A DNA stretch of 32,000 bases from Opitutales bacterium (GTDB lineage: Bacteria; Verrucomicrobiota; Verrucomicrobiia; Opitutales; PNEW01): positions 690,001-722,000 of the forward strand of contig CBDCNV010000002.1 of NCBI GenBank assembly GCA_965219535.1, given 5' to 3'. The translations under genes and the position numbers were made by a program. The notes beneath the pieces are model-generated. The model made no database searches. It was not told where the DNA came from and was given only the letters and a program-made list of their open reading frames with translations. Below are positions 9,153-17,186 of this stretch, piece after piece (within the stretch, counting starts at the first letter, position 1; every line of letters begins with the position of its first letter).

Positions 9153-9316
9153 CAGGGTTCAGGGTTCAGGGTTCAGGGTTCAGGGTTCAGGGTTCAGGGT
9201 TCAGGGTTCAGGGTTCAGGGTTCAGGGTTCAGGGTTCAGGGTTCAGGGTTCAGGGTTCAGGGTTCAGGGTTCAGGGTTCAGGGTTCAGGGTTCAGGGTTC
9301 AGGGTTCAGGGTTCAG
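9153..9316 (+). repeat. Perfect heptamer tandem array (CAGGGTT = GGTTCAG register), about 23.4 copies
   Basis: 164 nt with no substitution seen. It starts 3 nt from the ATG (9147-9149, minus strand) of the PhyH gene. Confidence 0.98.
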
Positions 9317-9453
9317 AAATTTTCTTTATTTCATGTAGTCTATAATTAGTAGAAGGTCAAAAGTGTAATACGCATTAGCGTTTCCCCCCTCTTGTGCCTT
9401 TGGAAGATCTCGCTACGCTCGGTAGTGGCTATCACTTTTCTTAATATCCTCGC

Positions 9454-9481
9454 CTTCGACTTTCGACCTTAGACTTTTGAC
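9454..9481 (+). repeat. Heptamer array (YTTNGAC)x4
   Basis: cttcgac tttcgac cttagac ttttgac. It contains the stop codon and the last four codons of the minus-strand lactonase gene. Confidence 0.9.
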
Positions 9482-10482
9482 TCCACAAATAATATCCACA
9501 ACGACTCTAACCCGATGTCATAGGTCTTTAGTGGGTCGAGTAGTCCGGACTCGAGGATTCGGTAGGAGGCGAGTTTACCGGAGGTCTGTCCGCCGGCGTA
9601 AAGAAATTTTCCTGTTGGATCGATATTGAAAGCGCGGGGAACGGACTCCGTCGGTTGCTGACCGAGTGCGGTCAGCTCACCTGAAGTCGGATCGATGGCA
9701 TAACAGGCGATGCTGTCATGCCCGCGATTACTGACGTAGACATGACTACCCGAGGGGGCGATATGGATCTGAGCGCAGGTGTTATCTATGTTGAATCCTT
9801 CGGGGAGAGTAGATAGAGTCCGGGATAAGGATAACGTTCCGTGTGTTGGGTCGAACTTGTAAGTGCTGATGCTGCTTCCCTGTTCGTTGGAGACGTAGAC
9901 CATGTCCAGCTTCGGGTGAAATTCAAAGTGGCGCGGACCGACCCCAGCCGGGGGGGAAACACTGGGAATGTCGTTTGGTGTGAGTAGTCCGGAATCGGAA
10001 TCGAAATGAAACTGAAAGATCGCGTTGCTCTCTCCAACATGGGGGACAAAGGCGTAGGTGTTTGAACTGTCCGTCTGGATGAAGTGCGCTTTTATCGCTG
10101 TGGATATCTGGCAGTTGGGTTTCTCAATTAGTGTCCCATCTTCATTGATTCGATGACTGGCGGTAAAACCTCCGCCGTAAGAGGCGGAGAGAAGATTTTT
10201 TCCCGACCGATCGACGAAGAGATAACAATGATCATCATCGATCGAAACACTGCTCGTCTCCGAAAGCGCACCGGTCTTGTGGTCAATAGCGAGGGAGGTC
10301 GTCCGCTTGATTCCTCTTCGGCACACGTAGATATGCTGCTCATCCGGAGCCATCGCGAGCGGTCCCGGAATACCGGAGAGGGGGAATGTGTCGAGCAGTT
10401 TTAGATCCCCGTTTGTGGGGTCCATATCAAAGATGAGAATTTTGTCTTCGGCGGAGACGGTGATATAACAATAGCAAGGCAT
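9469..10482 (-). CDS. Lactonase family protein (7-bladed beta-propeller, 6-phosphogluconolactonase Pgl/YbhE-like)
   Basis: 337 aa. N-terminus YITVSAEDKILIFDMDPTNGDLKLL with repeated blade-like segments (HIYV, YLFV, YAFV, VYVSN, VYVSNRG, LYAGG). Confidence 0.7.
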   Translation of the reverse strand: MPCYCYITVSAEDKILIFDMDPTNGDLKLLDTFPLSGIPGPLAMAPDEQHIYVCRRGIKRTTSLAIDHKTGALSETSSVSIDDDHCYLFVDRSGKNLLSASYGGGFTASHRINEDGTLIEKPNCQISTAIKAHFIQTDSSNTYAFVPHVGESNAIFQFHFDSDSGLLTPNDIPSVSPPAGVGPRHFEFHPKLDMVYVSNEQGSSISTYKFDPTHGTLSLSRTLSTLPEGFNIDNTCAQIHIAPSGSHVYVSNRGHDSIACYAIDPTSGELTALGQQPTESVPRAFNIDPTGKFLYAGGQTSGKLASYRILESGLLDPLKTYDIGLESLWILFVESKV

Positions 10483-10505
10483 GATGGGGAGAGCGCTGAC
10501 GCGCG

Positions 10506-10565
10506 TTTTAGGTGTTAGGTTTTAGGTGAAGAGATTCGAAAGTCGAAAGGCGAAAGTCAAAAGTC
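10506..10565 (+). repeat. In-register mixed heptamer array (TTTTAGG/TGTTAGG then NNTCGAA/AGTCAAA)
   Basis: ttttagg tgttagg ttttagg tgaagag attcgaa agtcgaa aggcgaa agtcaaa agtc. The 7-nt register is kept while the unit type changes. Preceded by GCGCTGACGCGCG (10493-10505). Confidence 0.85.
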
Positions 10566-10671
10566 TTTTTCCTTTTGTCATTGCGAGAAGCAACGCGACG
10601 AAGCAATCCAGAAAGATTGAAATAATCACTATATAGATTGTATGTATTATCTAAGGTTTTGACCTTTTGAC
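10555..10671 (+). repeat. MITE-like whole-spacer element (GTCAAAAGTC ... GACCTTTTGAC termini, GTCATTGCGAG core)
   Basis: gtcaaaagtctttttccttttgtcattgcgagaagcaacgcgacgaagcaatccagaaag...ggttttgaccttttgac. Paralog of 8188-8328. Confidence 0.7.
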
Positions 10672-10677
10672 TACCTT

Positions 10678-11526
10678 ATGCCACTTTCAGAGAAACAAAT
10701 TACCCAATACAAGGAGGATGGTTTCATTCACCTTCGAGGTGTTGTACCTGGAGATGTCATAGATTTGTCGCGAACGATTCTCAAACGCTGGGTCGATGAA
10801 ACGATTCAACAATGGGTTGACGAAGGTCTGCTCACTGACCCGTTTCATGACCTCGATTTTCATGTCCGATTATTACAGGCATGGGAGCAAGCCGGCCGAC
10901 CAAAGTATAGCCGAAGCCCAAGAAGAGATCTGGTCAGCCGAGAGACTTTTGACTTCTTGCGTCATTCAACACTCATCGATCTCGCTGAAGCGCTACTTGG
11001 CACATCGGAGATCTCCTTGCATGGGATATTTAATGCCCGTCCTAAACTTCCCGACCAGGTTTGGACGGACACGCCCTGGCACCAGGACGCGCAGTACTAT
11101 CAAGACGCGGAACACACCCATGTTGTGAGTATCTGGATTCCTATGCAGAGGGTGGCCGAAGAGAACAGTTGTCTGCAGGTCGCGCGTGGCCATCACAGGA
11201 GCCAATTGCATGAACGCTGGAATGACCCGGTTAGCGGGTTTGTTGGGCTCTCACTCGATATTCAAAAAACACTCGATGGCCAATCTGTTGAAATGAATGT
11301 CGGCGACGCATTCTGCTTCACGCAACTAACCCCGCATCGGGCACTCCCCAATAAGTCTAACGCCGTTCGCTGGGCAATGGATCTGCGTTTTGAGGCGACC
11401 GAACACGCTACCGAAATAGGAAAAGCGCGCGGCTTCATTGTTCGTAGCCCATCCAATCCCGCAAGCATCACATCCTTTGAAGACTGGATTAAGAAATGGG
11501 AGGGACAGCCGGCGGGAACGTACTGA
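10678..11526 (+). CDS. PhyH-family Fe(II)/2-oxoglutarate dioxygenase
   Basis: 282 aa. N-terminus QITQYKEDGFIHLRGVV, then PWHQDAQYY (HxD), VARGHH and a distal LTPHRALPNKS. Confidence 0.8.
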   Translation: MPLSEKQITQYKEDGFIHLRGVVPGDVIDLSRTILKRWVDETIQQWVDEGLLTDPFHDLDFHVRLLQAWEQAGRPKYSRSPRRDLVSRETFDFLRHSTLIDLAEALLGTSEISLHGIFNARPKLPDQVWTDTPWHQDAQYYQDAEHTHVVSIWIPMQRVAEENSCLQVARGHHRSQLHERWNDPVSGFVGLSLDIQKTLDGQSVEMNVGDAFCFTQLTPHRALPNKSNAVRWAMDLRFEATEHATEIGKARGFIVRSPSNPASITSFEDWIKKWEGQPAGTY

Positions 11527-11529
11527 GGG

Positions 11530-11578
11530 AATCAGTAATCAGTGGATAAGTGCTGACGCGAGAGTTGAGTTAGAAGTT
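11530..11578 (+). repeat. Degenerate heptamer array beginning (AATCAGT)x2
   Basis: aatcagt aatcagt ggataag tgctgac gcgagag ttgagtt agaagtt, starting 4 nt after the stop codon. Confidence 0.6.
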
Positions 11579-11898
11579 ATAATATTCTCTTAGTTTTCTC
11601 TCAGGGAGGGTAGGATATCTAGTTTTCCAGTCATCTGGTTTTCCAGTTTTTGGTTATTCCTGTAGCTCAATAGGTGGGTTTCATTTGTAAAATTGTGTAA
11701 GATTCTACCTATCAGTTAGATAAATGGGATGTAAAAATTGATTTTTTTTAAAAGTAATACTTTACATTTACACAAAATAGGGTAAATTATTCTATATATA
11801 TTAAGGTATTTACCTTATTATTAGTTGGGGTTAAGTATCTATTATTAATTATTTCTTTAGAAACAAAGGGTTAAAAAATCAAAGGCTTAGTAATTAAC

Positions 11899-12996
11899 AT
11901 GATTACCCATAATGTAAATATGCAGCGTTATTCAGAGCGTGGCATGGCGAGCTTAATGACTGTTTTTGCCATGCTAATTACGGCGTTTTTAGTCGTCAGT
12001 TATTTGAATGTATCAATGAGTGCATTAAATGTTACCGAGCGATCGGTATCGAATAGACTATCACTAAATAGTGTTGAAACAACGGTTGAAAAAACTGATT
12101 TCACATTGCACCCTCGGCTTGGCGCCGGAATGGTAGCTAAAGAGGAAATTCAAATTAGTGGTGCCGTTAGTATCGACAGTTTTGATTCTACTTTTGGACC
12201 CTATGATTTGTTTTATAATCGTGGGTCCCAAAACACTGTGGGATGCCTTTCCAAAATACCCGATTCACTAAAAATAGAGGGGGCCGATATTTACGGCTAT
12301 GTATCAACTGGGGGCGTCATGCCGACGATAGGAGCGAAAGTAAAAATAGTCGGCATTGATGGGCAATCAGAAAGAGCGATCGATTATGACAGGATCACTA
12401 CTGATTTTACTGGGGAATTTCCTCTCGTCAATCCGCCCGTGATGACCTCACCGATTACCTCTCTACCTGAACCTAAAATTGCTGGAGGGATAGAGAGGAT
12501 AGTTATTGGTAAAACGATGGCACGAGCGCCAACCGAGGAATACCACCTTAAAAAATTAAGTCTAAGTGGAGATGACTTACTTCTCATTGCCGGTCCAGTA
12601 GTTATTATAGTTGATGAGGGTGTTAAGGTAAGTGGAAATGCAGAAATCAAGGTAGCTACCAATGGCTCGGTAACGTTTTACACTCCGAAAAATTTTGAGA
12701 TATCTGAAAATGGTATAGTAAATGAAACGGAAGTAGCCTCACGTATGAAAATCTACGGCACATCAGCAATTGCGAAGGGTCAAGCGCTCACCCTGAGTGG
12801 CAATGCGACTTTGGTCGCGGTAGCCTACCTCCCCAATGCGCTAGTGTCTTTTAGTGAATATGCGAGTATGTGTGGGACAGTCATGGGCCACTCAATCAGT
12901 GCAACTGATAATTCATCTATTCACTATGATGAAGCGGTAAGAGATTTCAAAGTGGGAAGTTCAATTGAACTCACCAAGAATGAAAGAATTGATTAG
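11899..12996 (+). CDS. Hypothetical protein with PilX-like N-terminal hydrophobic segment (putative pilus/pseudopilus-associated)
   Basis: 365 aa. N-terminus ERGMASLMTVFAMLITAFLVVSYL resembles PilX_N-type segments. The C-terminus (LSGNATLVAVAYLPNALVSFS..GTVMGHSISATDNSSIHYDEAV) resembles PilX/TadG-like tails. The gene and its 370-nt upstream region are AT-rich. Confidence 0.4.
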   Translation: MITHNVNMQRYSERGMASLMTVFAMLITAFLVVSYLNVSMSALNVTERSVSNRLSLNSVETTVEKTDFTLHPRLGAGMVAKEEIQISGAVSIDSFDSTFGPYDLFYNRGSQNTVGCLSKIPDSLKIEGADIYGYVSTGGVMPTIGAKVKIVGIDGQSERAIDYDRITTDFTGEFPLVNPPVMTSPITSLPEPKIAGGIERIVIGKTMARAPTEEYHLKKLSLSGDDLLLIAGPVVIIVDEGVKVSGNAEIKVATNGSVTFYTPKNFEISENGIVNETEVASRMKIYGTSAIAKGQALTLSGNATLVAVAYLPNALVSFSEYASMCGTVMGHSISATDNSSIHYDEAVRDFKVGSSIELTKNERID

Positions 12997-13024
12997 AAGT
13001 GAACACGATTTTCTAAGACCCCTT

Positions 13025-14188
13025 TTATTCTGAGGGCTCAAACTTCAATCGCAGGATCTTGTCATCGTTAGGACGCAATTGGGCGCGGCCATCGGTATTG
13101 CCGGTTACGATGTAGAGATGACCGTCCGGTCCAACGGTTACGTCGCGTAGACGCCCATAGATCCCGTTCGCCAAATCGCGAGCGAACCAGCGTTCAATGC
13201 TGTTGATTTCGTAATCATTGCTATCTTTCTTAAACCGGATGCGAATCAGTGCCTCGTTACGCATCGTGGCGACAAAGAGATCGTCGCGGTAAAAAGTCAT
13301 GCCTCCAGGAGGAACGGAGAGTTTTTTCCACATCGCGATGGGATCGCGGTACTTGGCTATCCGTGGCGCGCCGACGACGAGGGGCCAGCCGAAGTTGCCC
13401 CCTTTCTCGACAATGTTAATCTCATCGCGCGCCTGGACGCCCGGCCACTCACCAGACGAGCCGTGTTCAGAGTTAAACATGACCCCGGTCTTCGGGTCCC
13501 AGGCCAGGCCCTGAACAACGCGGTGCCCATAGGAATAGATCGGTGAGCCGGGGAACGGGTTGTCATTCGGAATCTGTCCATTGGGTGTGATGCGGAGAAT
13601 TTTTCCGGCCCATGACTTGAGATCCTGAGAGATCGGCTGTACCCAGAGATCTCCCGTCCCCACGTAAAGCATCCCATCCGGACCAAAGGCGATCCTGCCA
13701 CCAATATGAACCTCGGCACCGGGGATTTTGTCCAAAATGACACGGTCGAATACAGCGGTATCACCATGATGGCGCAGGCGAATGACACGATTGAACAATG
13801 CCTTATCGATTTGATAGCTGTACAAAACGTAGACAAATGGGTGTTGTTTAAATTGAGGATGCAGGGCCATTCCCATGAGGCCGCCATCGCCGATGGGGGC
13901 TACTTCATCGATCTTAATATAAAGCTTTTGCTGGTTCTGCCCGCGGGGTATACGCAGAATTTGACCTGGTCGTTCCGTTACGAGGGCATCACCATTTGGC
14001 AGAAAAACCAGGGCCCACGGAATCATTAAATTCTGCACCCATACCTCGACCTCGACCCCTCCCACTTCAGGACGAAAAACATCGGCCACCCGCTGCGGTT
14101 CTTCCCCCATAATGGGTTGAGCGTAAACGCTGCTGGAAACGCAAAAGACGATAGCGATCGCCAAAACCTGTTGGAGCTGATTATTCAT
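13025..14188 (-). CDS. PQQ-dependent soluble sugar (glucose/sorbosone) dehydrogenase family, beta-propeller
   Basis: 387 aa with a signal peptide (AIVFCVSSSVYAQP). Motifs PWALVFLPNGDALVTER, GLMGMALHPQF, HIGGRIAFGPDGMLYVGTGD and EHGSSG..DEINIVEKGGNFGWP. Confidence 0.8.
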   Translation of the reverse strand: MNNQLQQVLAIAIVFCVSSSVYAQPIMGEEPQRVADVFRPEVGGVEVEVWVQNLMIPWALVFLPNGDALVTERPGQILRIPRGQNQQKLYIKIDEVAPIGDGGLMGMALHPQFKQHPFVYVLYSYQIDKALFNRVIRLRHHGDTAVFDRVILDKIPGAEVHIGGRIAFGPDGMLYVGTGDLWVQPISQDLKSWAGKILRITPNGQIPNDNPFPGSPIYSYGHRVVQGLAWDPKTGVMFNSEHGSSGEWPGVQARDEINIVEKGGNFGWPLVVGAPRIAKYRDPIAMWKKLSVPPGGMTFYRDDLFVATMRNEALIRIRFKKDSNDYEINSIERWFARDLANGIYGRLRDVTVGPDGHLYIVTGNTDGRAQLRPNDDKILRLKFEPSE

Positions 14189-14287
14189 GGTATGTGTCTG
14201 TCCATGGAAAGATCTTCACCTTCTTTTGCTTTTCCCAGTTTACTATAATAAGATAAAAGATGGATAATCAAATCACGACTTGGGAGA

Positions 14288-17122
14288 ATGAATAAAATGA
14301 AAAATATCACAGCAGCTACGCACACTTCACAAAACCTGATACGCTCGACAATAGCAACCATTGTCCTGCTATTCATCTTAAGCAACGCACTTTTTTCCAT
14401 GAGCAAAGCGCCGAAGGAAGCCGAAGAAATGAAAGTGCCGGAGGTCTGGGTGCATAGCGGGTTTGATGGTTTTTCCCAGGGTCATTTTGAAAACGCGGGT
14501 AACAATCTCTATGTGAACGCCAGGGGAGAGATTGAAATAATCAACCGTTTCGATGTCAACAGCGACGGCTATGTCGACCTCATTCTCGCTAATTCGCACG
14601 ACAGAGTCGAACGCGGTCCCACTTGGGTATTTACGCCGGAGAAAGGTCCGGGTGAGAATTGGGAGCGACACGTAATGTCCGCGGACAGTGGGTGGATGAG
14701 CCGTGTGGCCGATGTGGATGGTGACGGTCATAACGATCTGGTAACGGTGAACGCTCACAATGGAGTTACTTCGGAACTTCCTTGTTATATTTATTGGGGA
14801 GGGCCCGATGGGCCGGAAGCGAGCCGGACCGACCTTCCTACTATTGGGGCCTACGACGTATTGACGCTAGATCTTAACCGAGATAGCCGACTTGACCTTA
14901 TCATGCCCTCCGCTTGGAAAGACAGCCATAACCCGGCAAAACCACGGTTAGCTCACGTCTACATTCAAGGAGATAATCGCAGTTTTGAAGACAAGGGTAA
15001 GGACTATGGGATAGAAGCAACCGGCGCCTTGGGGATTGCAACTGAAGATCTGAACAATGATGGTTATTCGGATATTGTCCTAGCCAGTTACCGAACAGAT
15101 AGAGTCGAACTCAATACCGAATCGTTATTATACTGGGGAACTGAGGATGGAGTGAATGCCGAGGATCCATTTGTTTTACCAACTTATGGAGCGCGTCAGG
15201 TCATCCTTGCAGATCTGAACGGAGACGGAAGCAACGATATTACTTTCAGTGGCAGTGGTCAGGTTCGCGTTTACTGGAATGAAGGGGGTAACATTGATAT
15301 TGAGAGCTCGGTAGTTATTGAAGCGGCGGGGCACAGCGCGGAATTCAGTACGGAAGTGATTCGCGCCGCTATTTCCGACGTCAACGCCAATGGGACTCCG
15401 GACCTCCTCATTGCTACCTCAGAGGGCGTGCAGATTCGCTCTGGTGACAACCTGGAAAAAGTTAAAACAACGGTTAAGGTGAAAAACTCACGTTGGATAA
15501 CGGCAGCCGATCTCGACGGGGATGATCTTCCGGAACTGATAATCAGCAAGCACTATGAGGGGAATGAATTTAGAACGAAATCTCCTATCTATTGGAATAG
15601 CCCGGACGGTTATTCCGATGACAACACCAGCTGGGTGCCGACGATTGGGGTGGTAGGGAATACGGTTGGCGATCTCAATGGTGATGGAACACCAGAAGTA
15701 ATTTTTAACAATGTCGATGATGGTCATGTGCATGCCGTGCCTTCTTATATATATCTTGGGAACGCAGAAGCGGAGTATAGTGTTGAAAACCGTCTTGAAC
15801 TGGAAACCATTCATGGCAACAACTCCTTCGTTGCGGATCTGAACCTGGACGGTTATCCGGAAGTCGTGTTCGGTATCCCCGATGCCTTGCGCATCTACAA
15901 TGGGATGGCTGGTGGTATAAGCCCCGACAAGTTTACTGATATAAACACAGGGCACATCGCTTACGATCTTGAGATCGCCGATTTTAATCGCGACGGCTAC
16001 CTCGATATTCTCTCAGTAGCCTTAGTGAAAGTTTTCAAGGATGATCCTGATAAGACGTCGGTCATTTATTATGGATCGGCAGACGGTTTTTCAAATTCGC
16101 GCATCGATCGCATAAAGAATTACGGATTCGGCTCCACTATCGGGGATGTCAATAAAGACGGATTCATTGATATTGCCTTCCATGATTTGCGGAATCAGTC
16201 ATTGATTTACTTTGGTCAAGCTGATGGTTTTTCCGATCGCCATATGCAATACCTTCCATGCGCAGCTACGGGGGATGCAGTAAGACTCAATCTTGCCGAC
16301 TTGAATAATGATGGCTGGTTGGACCTGATTGCGGGTATCCTTGGAACCCGCCTCCGCCATAAAGATACCCTCCGGATTTTTTACGGTAGCCCCGAAGGAT
16401 ATAATACTGAGAATATCCAGGAATTGTTTGGCGGTTACAGCGCCAGGTATACCGGGGTAGCGGATTATAATAATGATGGCAATTTGGATCTCATGGTCTC
16501 TGCTTATGCAACACCTACGACACGAGTGCCACCCGCACAGTTATTTTGGGGTAACGGTAGTGGACTGGATCTTGAGAACCCCGTTAACTTTGAAGCTTAT
16601 GGGTCGGGTGATGTGACTCAAATAGATTTAAATAGAGACGGCTGGATCGATATCGTCCTCGCATGCCACCGTAATGATATCGGCCACCAGGTTGATTCAT
16701 TGATTTATTGGAATGGCCCCGACGGGTTCTTTGCAAAAGAACCGACACGACTCCCCGGTCTGGGCCCCCATGGAATGTATGCCAATAATCATGGCAATGC
16801 CTTCACGAGAAAGCCCGAAGAAAATTATTTTTCCCCTCCCTTCGCGCTGGGTAATCGAAGATCGAGCCGTATTCATTGGGAAAGTAAAGAGACAGAACTG
16901 TTAAAAATTAAATTCCAGCTCCGGTGGAGTGAAACAGAAAAGGACCTTGAGGCTGCCACCTGGTTGGGTCCGGATGGTGACAAGTCCTATTATGAAACTT
17001 CCGGCGAAGCCATTCAGGGAATTCCAAATGATGCCCAGTGGTTGCAATATAAAGCGACACTTGTTTCACCCTACGGGTGTGGTTCGCCAAAGCTTAAAGA
17101 AGTAAGGATTGAATATTTATAA
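14288..17122 (+). CDS. FG-GAP/VCBS repeat protein, probably secreted
   Basis: 944 aa with a hydrophobic N-terminal segment. More than ten repeats of the D-x-N/D-x-D-G-x-x-D type (DVNSDGYVDLILAN, DVDGDGHNDLVTVN, DLNGDGSNDITF, DFNRDGYLDIL, DYNNDGNLDLMV). Confidence 0.8.
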   Translation: MNKMKNITAATHTSQNLIRSTIATIVLLFILSNALFSMSKAPKEAEEMKVPEVWVHSGFDGFSQGHFENAGNNLYVNARGEIEIINRFDVNSDGYVDLILANSHDRVERGPTWVFTPEKGPGENWERHVMSADSGWMSRVADVDGDGHNDLVTVNAHNGVTSELPCYIYWGGPDGPEASRTDLPTIGAYDVLTLDLNRDSRLDLIMPSAWKDSHNPAKPRLAHVYIQGDNRSFEDKGKDYGIEATGALGIATEDLNNDGYSDIVLASYRTDRVELNTESLLYWGTEDGVNAEDPFVLPTYGARQVILADLNGDGSNDITFSGSGQVRVYWNEGGNIDIESSVVIEAAGHSAEFSTEVIRAAISDVNANGTPDLLIATSEGVQIRSGDNLEKVKTTVKVKNSRWITAADLDGDDLPELIISKHYEGNEFRTKSPIYWNSPDGYSDDNTSWVPTIGVVGNTVGDLNGDGTPEVIFNNVDDGHVHAVPSYIYLGNAEAEYSVENRLELETIHGNNSFVADLNLDGYPEVVFGIPDALRIYNGMAGGISPDKFTDINTGHIAYDLEIADFNRDGYLDILSVALVKVFKDDPDKTSVIYYGSADGFSNSRIDRIKNYGFGSTIGDVNKDGFIDIAFHDLRNQSLIYFGQADGFSDRHMQYLPCAATGDAVRLNLADLNNDGWLDLIAGILGTRLRHKDTLRIFYGSPEGYNTENIQELFGGYSARYTGVADYNNDGNLDLMVSAYATPTTRVPPAQLFWGNGSGLDLENPVNFEAYGSGDVTQIDLNRDGWIDIVLACHRNDIGHQVDSLIYWNGPDGFFAKEPTRLPGLGPHGMYANNHGNAFTRKPEENYFSPPFALGNRRSSRIHWESKETELLKIKFQLRWSETEKDLEAATWLGPDGDKSYYETSGEAIQGIPNDAQWLQYKATLVSPYGCGSPKLKEVRIEYL

Positions 17123-17146
17123 AACCATTTTTATTGGCTTTCCTTC

Positions 17147-17178
17147 ATTTTGACTTTTTGACCTTTTGACTGTTTGAC
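17147..17178 (+). repeat. Octamer array (NTTTTGAC)x4
   Basis: attttgac tttttgac cttttgac tgtttgac, ending 8 nt before ATG 17187. Confidence 0.9.
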
Positions 17179-17186
17179 TCACTTCC

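Noticed and set aside
9153-9316. Possible CRISPR array (and likewise 18806-18896 and 27058-27106).
   Set aside because: The units are 7 nt, contiguous and without spacers. No cas genes are present. These are microsatellite-like arrays, not CRISPR.
9129-9345. Two + strand ORFs (69 and 65 aa) encoding GSGFRVQ repeats.
   Set aside because: They are translations of the perfect GGTTCAG DNA array, which is open in all + frames. They have no independent start context and no non-repeat domain. The repeat is perfect at the DNA level, so there is no sign of selection on the protein.
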